NCBI GenBank assembly: GCA_036676495.1
Contig: JAKFCT010000045.1
Location: forward strand, 1-64,000
Source of the DNA: Candidatus Sericytochromatia bacterium
GTDB lineage: Bacteria > Cyanobacteriota > Sericytochromatia > S15B-MN24 > UBA4093
Reading direction: 5' to 3'
Length of the DNA: 64,000 bases
Part shown: one piece after another, positions 56,050-64,000 of the stretch
How positions within the stretch are numbered: the stretch's first letter is position 1
Layout: each line of letters starts with the position of its first letter
Notes under the pieces: model-generated
What the model saw: the letters and a program-made list of their open reading frames with translations, nothing else
Databases searched by the model: none
Told to the model about the DNA's origin: nothing
Translations under genes and position numbers: made by a program

Positions 56050-57933
56050 ATGGGAGCGCTTCAGAATCTCCTTCAAAACAAGAAACTGCTGGCCATCGTC
56101 GGGGGAGGCGTTGGCCTCCTCGTCGTGATCATCATCGTCGTGATGATGGCGATGGGCGGCGGCAAGAACAAGGAGAAAGAAGCGGAATCCTGGACCGTGC
56201 TCTTCCGCAAGATGGATGGAGTCTCGGCGGGCGAGGCTGCGGGCAAGCTGCAAGAAGCCAAGATCGAGAGCAAGCTGCTCGAGGACGGGACGGCGATCGC
56301 CGTCAAGAAGGAGAACGCCGACAAGGCGCGCATCGCGCTCTCCTTGGCCGGCCTGCCCAAGAACGCCGAGCCCGGCTTTGAGATCTTCAACAAGAAGGAC
56401 TTCATCTCCACCGACTTCGACAAGAAGATCGCCTTCCTCCGGGCCCTGCGCGGAGAGCTGAAGCGCCTCGTCAAGCAGATCGACGGCGTCGAGGACGCCG
56501 GCGTCATCGTCAACCTTCCCGAGGACACCCTCTTCCAGACCGAGCGCAAGCCCACCACCGCCGCCGTCATGGTCGTCATGCAGCGCGGGCGCTCCCTCAA
56601 TCCCATGCAGGTGGAAGGCATCCAGCACCTCGTCGCCTCCTCGGTTCCCGGCCTCTTGACCGACAACGTCACCGTCACGGACAAGGACGGCCACCTCCTG
56701 TCCAGCGGCATGGAAGCCAACGCCGGCAACAAGGACGAGCGCAGCCTGATGCGCGCCCTCAACGAGCAGATGAAGGTCACCCGCCAGATGGAGGCCGACC
56801 TCGAGAACCGTCTCACCTCGCTGCTGGACAAGCTGGTGGGCTCGGGCAAATCGGTCGTGCGCGTCAAGCTCGAACTGGACTTCAACAAGCGCCAGGTCAT
56901 GAACCAGTTGCTGGCCCCCGTGCTCAACAACGGCGAGCCCGTGGCCGTCAACCGCACCCTCGTCGAGGAGCGCAACGGCACCGCCACCAACGGCGGCGTG
57001 CCCGGCGTGGCCTCGAACGTGCCTTCTTACCCGGCCCTGCCGAGCGAGATGGGCGGCGACAAGGAGTCCTACCGCAAGAACCTTCGCGAGCAGCAGGCCC
57101 TCAGCATGGAGCGCCAGCTCGTGAACACGGCCTCCGGCAACATCAAGCGCATGTCCATCGCCGTGCTGCTTCCCGAATCGGTGAAGCCCGACGGAGTGGA
57201 GCGCCTGCGCATGGTCATCGCGACCGCCGCCGGCGCCGACCAGGCCCGCCGCGACCAGGTGACCGTCGAGCGCGTGAAGTTCGACACCTCCCTCGAAGAC
57301 GCCCTGAAAAAGGAGCTCGAGGACAAGGACGCCGCCTCCAAGAAGCCCAAGGGCAAGTCGGTCTCATGGGGCCTGGTCTGGGCCGCGGGCGGAGGACTCT
57401 TGCTGCTCTTCCTGCTCATCGCCTTCATCCGCCGGGCAACCCGCAAGCAAGAGGACCCCTTGGCCGCGCTCACCGCGCTCAGCGGCGACGGCGATTCGCT
57501 GCCGTCGTTCGATCAGTCGGCTTTGGCCGGTATCCCGCCGGGCTTCGGCCAGATGGGCTTCGATCAGGACGCCCTCTCGGGTCAGATGGGTTACGACCAG
57601 GGACTGCCCGGAGGCGATCCGTACGCCAACATGCAGTACGAGGAGCCTGCCATGATGGCGCCTCAGGCCCAGGCCATGGGCGGTGCGTTCGACTTCCTCT
57701 ATGAGGTCGCCCCCGAGCAAGTCTCCGAACTCCTGGGCATGGAGAAGCCCCAGAGCGTCGCCGGCGTGCTGGCGCAGCTCGACCCGGGCTACGCCGAGCA
57801 GGTGCTCAACTACCTCTCGCCGGACATCCAGCAAGAGGTCTTCAACCGCTTGAACTCGGGCGCCTCCTTGCCCGCCATGACCCAGAAGATGCTGAGCCAG
57901 TCCCTGCGGCGGAAGCTCGGCGTCCCGGTCTAG
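56050..57933 (+). CDS. fliF: MS-ring protein FliF with C-terminal FliG middle-domain fusion
   Basis: TM, GFEIF, RALRGELKR, LVASSVPGL, GVPGVASN, second TM, then FDFL...EKPQSVAGVLAQLDP. Confidence 0.88.
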   Translation: MGALQNLLQNKKLLAIVGGGVGLLVVIIIVVMMAMGGGKNKEKEAESWTVLFRKMDGVSAGEAAGKLQEAKIESKLLEDGTAIAVKKENADKARIALSLAGLPKNAEPGFEIFNKKDFISTDFDKKIAFLRALRGELKRLVKQIDGVEDAGVIVNLPEDTLFQTERKPTTAAVMVVMQRGRSLNPMQVEGIQHLVASSVPGLLTDNVTVTDKDGHLLSSGMEANAGNKDERSLMRALNEQMKVTRQMEADLENRLTSLLDKLVGSGKSVVRVKLELDFNKRQVMNQLLAPVLNNGEPVAVNRTLVEERNGTATNGGVPGVASNVPSYPALPSEMGGDKESYRKNLREQQALSMERQLVNTASGNIKRMSIAVLLPESVKPDGVERLRMVIATAAGADQARRDQVTVERVKFDTSLEDALKKELEDKDAASKKPKGKSVSWGLVWAAGGGLLLLFLLIAFIRRATRKQEDPLAALTALSGDGDSLPSFDQSALAGIPPGFGQMGFDQDALSGQMGYDQGLPGGDPYANMQYEEPAMMAPQAQAMGGAFDFLYEVAPEQVSELLGMEKPQSVAGVLAQLDPGYAEQVLNYLSPDIQQEVFNRLNSGASLPAMTQKMLSQSLRRKLGVPV

Positions 57934-57944
57934 GGCGCGGCTAG

Positions 57945-60059
57945 ATGATCGCCCTTCCGGGAGGAAAACAAGGCGGCCTCTTGGGCGACCTCGCCCTCGC
58001 CGCCATTGTCGTCATCATCCTGGGCATCCTCTTGCTGCCCCTGCCGACGATCATCCTGGACTTCCTGATCGTCTGCAACATCGTCATCTCGCTGATCATC
58101 CTCTTCGTCGCCCTTTACCTGATCAAGCCGCTCGAGTTCGCGAGCTTCCCGTCGATGCTGCTGATCACGGCCTTGTACCGCATCAGCTTGTCGGTGGCCA
58201 CCACCCGCTCGATTCTCCTCAACGGCGAGGCGGGACATATCATCGACTCGATGGCGAACATCGTCATGGGCGGCAACTTCCTGGTCGGCATCATCATCTT
58301 CCTGATCCTGATCCTCGTGAACATGATCGTCATCACCGAGGGCGCCAAGCGCGTCGCCGAGGTGGCGGCGCGCTTCACCCTGGACGCCATGCCCGGTAAG
58401 CAGATGTCCATCGACGCGGACCTGGCCTCGGGCCTGATCGACGGCAACGAGGCCAAGGCCCGCCGCGAGAACCTCGTCCGCGAGTCGAGCTTCTTCGGCG
58501 CCATGGACGGCGCCAACAAGTTCGTGAAGGGCGACGTCATCATGGGCATCGTGCTGATCGTCGTCAACATCATCGGCGGCATCCTGATGGGCATCATCTT
58601 CAAGCAGATGGACGTCATGCAGGCCATGCAGAAGTACACGCTGCTGACCGTCGGTGACGGCCTGGTGGGCTTGATTCCCTCGATCCTGATCTCGATGGCC
58701 GCCGGTTTCGTCACCACGCGCGCGGCCTCGGAGAACAACCTCTCCATCGACCTCAAGAACCAGGTCTTCGGCTCCCCCAAGACCATGGCCGTCGCGGCGG
58801 TGGTCGTCACCCTGATGGGCTTCATCCCCGGCTTCCCCGCCTACTTCTTCATCCCGCTGGGTCTGGTGCTCGGAGCGGTCGCCTTCATGAGCTTCCGCAA
58901 GTCGATGGCGCCTCCGCCCACCGACGACTACATGATGCCCGGCGACGACATGATGGACGACTACGCCCCCGAGGCCGACGAGGATCTCAAGAACCCCGAG
59001 AACGTCATGAAGATGCTCGGCGTGCCTCCGCTCACCCTGGAGCTGGGGCTCGACCTCGTGCCCCTGGTCGACCCGGGCCTGGGCGGCGAACTCATGGATC
59101 GGGTGGTCCCCATGCGCGTGAACATCGCCCTCGACATGGGCTTCGTCATGCCGGGCATCCAGTTCAAGGACAACCTCAACCTCCGGCCCAACGCCTACCA
59201 GATCCTGGTGAAGGGCAACGTGGTGGCCGGGGGCGAACTTCTGGTCGGCTACATGCTGGCGATTCAGCAAGCCATGACCGATACCAGCCAGGAGCTGGTG
59301 GGCTTCCCCACCACCGACCCCGCCTTCGGCAAGCCCGCGGTCTGGGTGGCCGGCGCCGAGGCCCAGCGGGCCGCTCAGCTCGGCTATCTGATCCAGGACC
59401 CGACCAACGTGCTCACCGCGCACCTCGAAGAGGTGGTGCGGTCGTTCGCCCATGAGATCCTGAGCCGCGAGGAGGTCCAGATGATGCTGAACCGCCTCAA
59501 GGAGAAGGCTCCGGTCACGGTCAAGGATCTGGTGCCCGAGATCCTCTCGCTCTCGGAGGTCCAGCGCGTCCTGCAGGCCCTCATCCGCGAGCGCGTCAGC
59601 ATCCGGGACCTCGCTACCATCCTCGAGAAACTGGCCGATTACGGCAAGATGACCAAGGACGTCTTCGTGCTCACCGAGCTGGTCCGCCAGTCGCTGGGCC
59701 GCCAGATCTGCGCGGGCCTGGCCGACGAGGAGGGCCAGATCACGGTCATCACCCTGGATGCCGGGGTCGAGAATACCGTTCAGCAATCGATTCAGCAGGG
59801 CCCCACCGGCCCCAGCCTGGCCATCAACCCGCAGATTGCTCAGCTCGTCTTGGCAAGGCTCGCCTCGGTACATCAGGAAGCCATCTCCAAGGGCTACAAT
59901 CCCTGCCTGATCACCAGCCCCGTCACCCGCCCGCACATCAAGGGCCTCATCGACCGCAACTTCCCGCAGATGGCGGTCATCTCCTTCGCCGAGATCTCGA
60001 GCAAGTACAAGGTCCAGTCGGTCGGCTCGGTTTCGATCGCCGTGGGGGCCGTGTCTTAG
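57945..60059 (+). CDS. flhA: Flagellar export gate protein
   Basis: GAKRVAEVAARFTLDAMPGKQMSIDADL, FFGAMDGANKFVKGD, DPAFG, VSIRDLATILE. Confidence 0.95.
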   Translation: MIALPGGKQGGLLGDLALAAIVVIILGILLLPLPTIILDFLIVCNIVISLIILFVALYLIKPLEFASFPSMLLITALYRISLSVATTRSILLNGEAGHIIDSMANIVMGGNFLVGIIIFLILILVNMIVITEGAKRVAEVAARFTLDAMPGKQMSIDADLASGLIDGNEAKARRENLVRESSFFGAMDGANKFVKGDVIMGIVLIVVNIIGGILMGIIFKQMDVMQAMQKYTLLTVGDGLVGLIPSILISMAAGFVTTRAASENNLSIDLKNQVFGSPKTMAVAAVVVTLMGFIPGFPAYFFIPLGLVLGAVAFMSFRKSMAPPPTDDYMMPGDDMMDDYAPEADEDLKNPENVMKMLGVPPLTLELGLDLVPLVDPGLGGELMDRVVPMRVNIALDMGFVMPGIQFKDNLNLRPNAYQILVKGNVVAGGELLVGYMLAIQQAMTDTSQELVGFPTTDPAFGKPAVWVAGAEAQRAAQLGYLIQDPTNVLTAHLEEVVRSFAHEILSREEVQMMLNRLKEKAPVTVKDLVPEILSLSEVQRVLQALIRERVSIRDLATILEKLADYGKMTKDVFVLTELVRQSLGRQICAGLADEEGQITVITLDAGVENTVQQSIQQGPTGPSLAINPQIAQLVLARLASVHQEAISKGYNPCLITSPVTRPHIKGLIDRNFPQMAVISFAEISSKYKVQSVGSVSIAVGAVS

Positions 60060-60186
60060 GCCTGGCGGTCCCCGCCGCCGCGCCGGCACTCCTGCTCGCG
60101 GAGCGATGAGACTTGCTGAGGGTCGAGCATTGTGGGAACATGGCAGGACCTGTCGCCCTGTTCGAACCACGAAGCGAGATTCATCG

Positions 60187-61497
60187 ATGAAGCCTCTCAC
60201 CAAGCTCATGCCCCTGGCGGTTTCCGCCCTCGTTCTTGCGGGTTGTACGCCCCCCTGCATCCATAACAGCTCTAACGGCATGCCCACCCTGACGTCGCTG
60301 GGCATTCAAGACGCCCGCTCGCTTTTCATCGCGGGTCAGACCTCGGGCCAGTACCGGATTGCCAGCGGCCCCACCCAGCAGGCGCTCTACAAGGTGGATG
60401 CCTCGGGAGCCGTCTCGGCCGTCGAGGCCAAGTTCGGCAGCGGCTCGGGTTACATGATGCTCTCGCTGAATCCCCAGTACGTGACCCAGATCTCCGAGAA
60501 CTTCATCGTTCTCGGGACCAGCTGGGGCACCTTCCTCGTCCGTCGCACGGACGGCAAATCGGCGCGGCTCGATTCGACGCCCACGTACGTCATGAGCGAC
60601 GGCATGCAGGCCCCCGTCCAGGCGGACAAGATCGGGAACATCTACCTGAACTCCCACCAGGAGGGCCTCTACAAGGTCGCCTTGCCAACCGAGCTGACCT
60701 CTGACGACCTGACGAAGACCTCGATGATCAAGGGCGAACTGGAGCTGGTCCAGCAGTTTGCCGTGAATCACGCCGGCTACCTCGTCGCCACGGTCTCCCC
60801 CAAGTCCAACGGTCCCATGAATCCCAAGACGCGCCTTTACAAGCCGAGCGGAAGCGTCCAGAACCTTTCGACGAGTGGGCAATTCGGCGGCGGGTCCATG
60901 TGGGTCGCCAAGGACGGTACGCTTTACATGCATGCCTACGGCTCCTCGGGCCCGGCTCTCCACATGCTCTCGGTGGATGCCAGCGGGAACGGGACGTTGG
61001 TGCCCGTCGAGGGATGGACGGAACCCAGCTACATGTCGATGCCCTACAACATGCCGGCGCTGCTTCCGGACCAGACGGTTCTCTCGGGCAACGAGTATAG
61101 CCGGGAGACGAACGAGCAGCATCCCAACGGGATCGACCTCTACAAGCCCTATCTCTTCTTCGTGAAGGGAGCCAAGGCGACCAAGGAATACCTGACAAAG
61201 GTCGTCAAGGTCTCGGCGATCGCGGCATCCGCCACGACGGTCGTCATCCTGGGCACGGATCAGGCCGAGAACACCATGGTGAGCTCGTTCGACCCCGTGA
61301 CGAAGGAGGAGAAGGTCCTCTTCAGCGATGCGAACTACCAGATCCTGAAGATGACGGTGGCCGCCAACGGGACGGTCACCCTCAACGCCCTGCGTCTGGC
61401 CGACAACACCTATGTCGTGGCGGACATCAAGGACGGAGCCCTCGCCGTCGCGAACTCGGAGTTGCCGCCCGTCAAGCAGTTCCTGACGCTGCAGTAG
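60187..61497 (+). CDS. Uncharacterised beta-rich lipoprotein
   Basis: MKPLTK...LVLAGC lipobox; repeated short beta-strand pattern; start ATG 60187 (or 60208). Confidence 0.7.
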   Translation: MKPLTKLMPLAVSALVLAGCTPPCIHNSSNGMPTLTSLGIQDARSLFIAGQTSGQYRIASGPTQQALYKVDASGAVSAVEAKFGSGSGYMMLSLNPQYVTQISENFIVLGTSWGTFLVRRTDGKSARLDSTPTYVMSDGMQAPVQADKIGNIYLNSHQEGLYKVALPTELTSDDLTKTSMIKGELELVQQFAVNHAGYLVATVSPKSNGPMNPKTRLYKPSGSVQNLSTSGQFGGGSMWVAKDGTLYMHAYGSSGPALHMLSVDASGNGTLVPVEGWTEPSYMSMPYNMPALLPDQTVLSGNEYSRETNEQHPNGIDLYKPYLFFVKGAKATKEYLTKVVKVSAIAASATTVVILGTDQAENTMVSSFDPVTKEEKVLFSDANYQILKMTVAANGTVTLNALRLADNTYVVADIKDGALAVANSELPPVKQFLTLQ

Positions 61498-61509
61498 CTC
61501 TTGATTCGA

Positions 61510-61544
61510 GGGGTGGCCGTGTCGAAGACACGGCCACCCTTTTT
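61510..61544 (+). terminator. Intrinsic terminator
   Basis: gggtggccgtgtc-gaa-gacacggccaccc followed by ttttt. Confidence 0.85.
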
Positions 61545-61638
61545 GCTAGGGCAAGTTGCAAGAAAAACCTCGCCTTCATCTGCCCCTGGGGCATGCTAGG
61601 ATGAGACCGCCCACGCATCCATCATTTGCGAGGCAAGC

Positions 61639-62733
61639 ATGCGCGAACCTGTGCTTGATGCTTTGAACCCGCTCGATCGGGGGCTGGAGGGTTTCCTGGC
61701 CCGGATGAAGGACCCGGCGTTCGTCGTGGAGGTCGCCTCCGGTCGGATCCTCCTCTGGAACCGCGCGGCTACCCAGCTCTTCGCTTATCCGGCATCCGAG
61801 GGGCACGGCTTGGCGCGGAGGCTTTCGTTGCCGAGAGCGCTGGTCGAGCGGGCGATCGTCTCCCCGTGCCCGGTGGAGTTCGAGAGCGAGCGCCTGGATG
61901 GCCGCAGGATCTCCCTCGAGGTGACGCTCAGCCGCCTGGAGCAACCCGGCCAAGCCCTGGCCATCCTCCGGGATGCCACCGAGCGCAAATGCTCGGACGA
62001 AGCGCGCGTGCGCTTCCTGAACGTGCTCTCCCACGAACTCAGGACCCCCATCAGCACGGTGCTGGGCTTTGGCAGCCTCGTGGTCGATGGTCTCGCGGGA
62101 CCGCTCAGCGATCAGCAGCGCCATTACCTCCAGCGGCTCTTGGTGGCCGCCGACGATCTTCACGCCCTCGTCAACGATCTGCTCGACCTGGGCCAGCTTC
62201 ACGCCGGCCGCTTCGTGATGCATCGTCAGCCCTTCTCCCTCTCGGCGGCCGTCACCGAGGTGATCGAAGGGCTCGCGCCCCAGGCCGAAGCCAAGCGGCT
62301 GACGATCCGCCATGAGGTCCCCGCGGATCTCATGGCCATCCCGGCGGATGGGAAGCGGATCGCCCAGGTCTTGCGGAACCTCCTGGGGAACGCCATCAAG
62401 TACAGCCCCGACGCGGGGAATGTCCGCGTCCGGGGCGGCCTCGAGGAGGGTTGCCTGCTCTGCGAGATCGAGGATACCGGCCCAGGGATCCCCGAAGAGG
62501 CACATGCGCGCCTCTTCGAGCCCTTCGTCAGGCTGGGAGACCCGGAGGTTCCCGGGACCGGCCTCGGGTTGAACATCGCCAAGGCCTTGGTGGAAGCGCA
62601 TGACGGGAGGATCGGTGTCCGCCGCCGCTCGGGACCGGGTACGATCTTCTGGTTCACGCTCCCGATCGTCCCGTTGGACGCGCTAACCTGCACCTCACGG
62701 CAGAGCAAGGGACCCGCAACAAACGCCGGGTAA
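61639..62733 (+). CDS. PAS-domain histidine kinase
   Basis: WNRAATQLF PAS, SHELRTP, NAIKY, DTGPG, GTGLGL. Confidence 0.9.
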   Translation: MREPVLDALNPLDRGLEGFLARMKDPAFVVEVASGRILLWNRAATQLFAYPASEGHGLARRLSLPRALVERAIVSPCPVEFESERLDGRRISLEVTLSRLEQPGQALAILRDATERKCSDEARVRFLNVLSHELRTPISTVLGFGSLVVDGLAGPLSDQQRHYLQRLLVAADDLHALVNDLLDLGQLHAGRFVMHRQPFSLSAAVTEVIEGLAPQAEAKRLTIRHEVPADLMAIPADGKRIAQVLRNLLGNAIKYSPDAGNVRVRGGLEEGCLLCEIEDTGPGIPEEAHARLFEPFVRLGDPEVPGTGLGLNIAKALVEAHDGRIGVRRRSGPGTIFWFTLPIVPLDALTCTSRQSKGPATNAG

Positions 62734-62756
62734 GAAGAGGCCGAGGAGGAACCCCC

Positions 62757-62864
62757 TTGAAACCCAAGTCTCAGGCCATGAGCATGGCAGCCCTCTACCT
62801 GGCCACCTACCTTGCGGTGCTCTCGCTGCTCGTTTACCTTTTCATCGCGCCTTCCGCCCTTTAG
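62757..62864 (+). CDS. Candidate 35-aa single-TM peptide (below the ORF-track cutoff)
   Basis: GAGGAGG RBS then TTG; MKPKSQAMSMAALYLATYLAVLSLLVYLFIAPSAL. Confidence 0.5.
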   Translation: MKPKSQAMSMAALYLATYLAVLSLLVYLFIAPSAL

Positions 62865-62876
62865 CGGCAGGCCCCC

Positions 62877-62914
62877 AAAAAGGACGATAGGCCCCCTCCG
62901 GAAAGGGGCCTATC
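62877..62914 (-). terminator. Minus-strand intrinsic terminator with no adjacent CDS
   Basis: gataggcccc-tttccggag-ggggcctatc-gtccttttt on the minus strand. Confidence 0.65.
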
Positions 62915-63209
62915 AGAAGGTATTCAGTGATCCTATCAGGTCCGATCCCATCCGGCTAAGATCCCACCCGGTTGTCGATCACCAACTGGATCTAGCCTAG
63001 CAAAGCCGCATTAGGAGCGGAACTCCGCTGTGTTCGGCTTTCATCAAATCTCCGACAAATTTGGATAAAATCGAAACGCCTGAAAGGCCTTCAGGGAGGT
63101 GGTTTCCGCTCCGAAAAGACGGGAGTTTCCCTCATGGAGCGGGGTTCCGGCAAGGTGGGGCCGGGGGAATCGCCCGGATCGCGGGTTCGCGCCCGTGACC
63201 TTGGAGGGC

Positions 63210-63731
63210 CTAGAGGAGCTTGGTACGGAACTCGAGCGTCACGTCGTCCGCCTGCACGGTGGACTTCATCTGGAAGGTCTGGCTACCCTTCGCCGAGAGT
63301 GAGATGACCCGGTACTGCAACTCGACCTCGCGTCCCTTCAGGGTGAAGCTCGCCAGCAGGAAGCCCAGCTGAGGCGTGGCTTCGTGGTTCTTGACGGTGA
63401 TCTGGGCGTCGCAGCGCTCCCAGCTGAACATGCCGGGCAAGTCCTTGGAAACCAGCTGGACCTCGACTCCGCTCAGGACGGGAGCCGACGCGGTCGCGGC
63501 GGGAAGGGTCTCGCCGATGACGGGAAGCGTGGTGTCCACGTACGGGTTCTGCGTCCAGTTGCCGGTCGTCCCGGTGTTGCTCGAGGGACTTGTGTAGTAG
63601 GCGTCGCTGTAAGGCGTGGTGGTCGTGTAGGAGCTCTGCGGGGAAACCGTGGTCCCGGCATCGCTCCCGCAGCCCGCGAGGGCAAGTCCTAGGACCAGCC
63701 AGATCGGAAAGCGTGTTTGCAGCTTCTTCAT
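63210..63731 (-). CDS. Uncharacterised lipoprotein
   Basis: MKKLQ...LALAGC lipobox, Thr/Ser-rich linker, small beta-rich C-terminal domain; start ATG 63731 after AAGGAG. Confidence 0.75.
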   Translation of the reverse strand: MKKLQTRFPIWLVLGLALAGCGSDAGTTVSPQSSYTTTTPYSDAYYTSPSSNTGTTGNWTQNPYVDTTLPVIGETLPAATASAPVLSGVEVQLVSKDLPGMFSWERCDAQITVKNHEATPQLGFLLASFTLKGREVELQYRVISLSAKGSQTFQMKSTVQADDVTLEFRTKLL

Positions 63732-63785
63732 CGCGGGCTCCTTCGGATCGGGGGAGGGGCTCTCCCCGCGATCGCGCATCCGGGG

Positions 63786-64000
63786 TTAGGGGGTAATCGT
63801 CACGCGGGCGTCGTCGGCGTGCTTCTCCGAGCGGTAGGGCCCGTAAGAGCGGATTTCAGCCGGGGCCAGCACGATGGAATAAACTTGCTTCTCGACTTCC
63901 TGGCCCTTGAGCGTGTAGGTGATGGTCAGGTTGCCGGTCTGGGTGCGGAGGAACGAGGGGTTATGCACCTGAGCGGTGATCTCGCACTTCTCCCAAGCCA
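63786..64000 (-). CDS. Partial CDS (3' end), paralog of the 63210-63731 C-terminal domain
   Basis: WEKCEITAQVHN...YTLKGQEVE aligns with WERCDAQITVKN...FTLKGREVE; runs off the window edge. Confidence 0.65.
   Translation of the reverse strand, partial: AWEKCEITAQVHNPSFLRTQTGNLTITYTLKGQEVEKQVYSIVLAPAEIRSYGPYRSEKHADDARVTITP

Noticed and set aside
49273-60059. Decaying flagellar pseudogene cluster
   Set aside because: All ORFs are intact with conserved motifs; no frameshifts or internal stops visible

Overview
High-GC bacterial chromosomal window with no prophage, CRISPR array, integrase or transposase visible. The cell is diderm (flagellar L and P rings). The gene mix (Terrabacteria-like housekeeping genes, alternative complex III, several orphan HisKA kinases, CCA-less tRNA) would fit a non-photosynthetic relative of Cyanobacteria such as Sericytochromatia; this is inference only. 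In order: dgt-dnaG; a ~17 kb block resembling low-oxygen/dormancy regulons (dienelactone hydrolase, erythromycin-esterase family, PRTase, ClpG-like disaggregase, split-ActB alternative complex III lacking actF, UDG, ppsA, 4xBON, BCAM0308); PilZ and DD-carboxypeptidase; tRNA-Lys(CTT); a GtrB/ArnT/small-DMT glycosylation cassette; a detox block (DUF1801, AlkD, NAD(P)H-binding, Bcr/CflA, 2xDoxX) carrying two copies of a candidate two-hairpin sRNA with CUCACACC loops; signalling genes; PqqD-dppABC-corA; nagB; nadBC; hemW; a type IV pilin; and a compact flagellar rod/ring cluster. That cluster is the most unusual feature: FliF is fused to only the middle domain of FliG, FlgG has a shortened L-stretch, the sigma-28 lacks most of region 3, and hook, filament, stator, FliM/N, ATPase and FliPQR genes are absent from the cluster. 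It may be a non-rotating flagellum-derived export apparatus, or the missing genes may lie elsewhere. The window ends with a lipoprotein, a kinase, a 35-aa membrane peptide convergent with a candidate sRNA, and two paralogous genes (one a lipoprotein). All family calls come from motif recognition by eye, not database searches.
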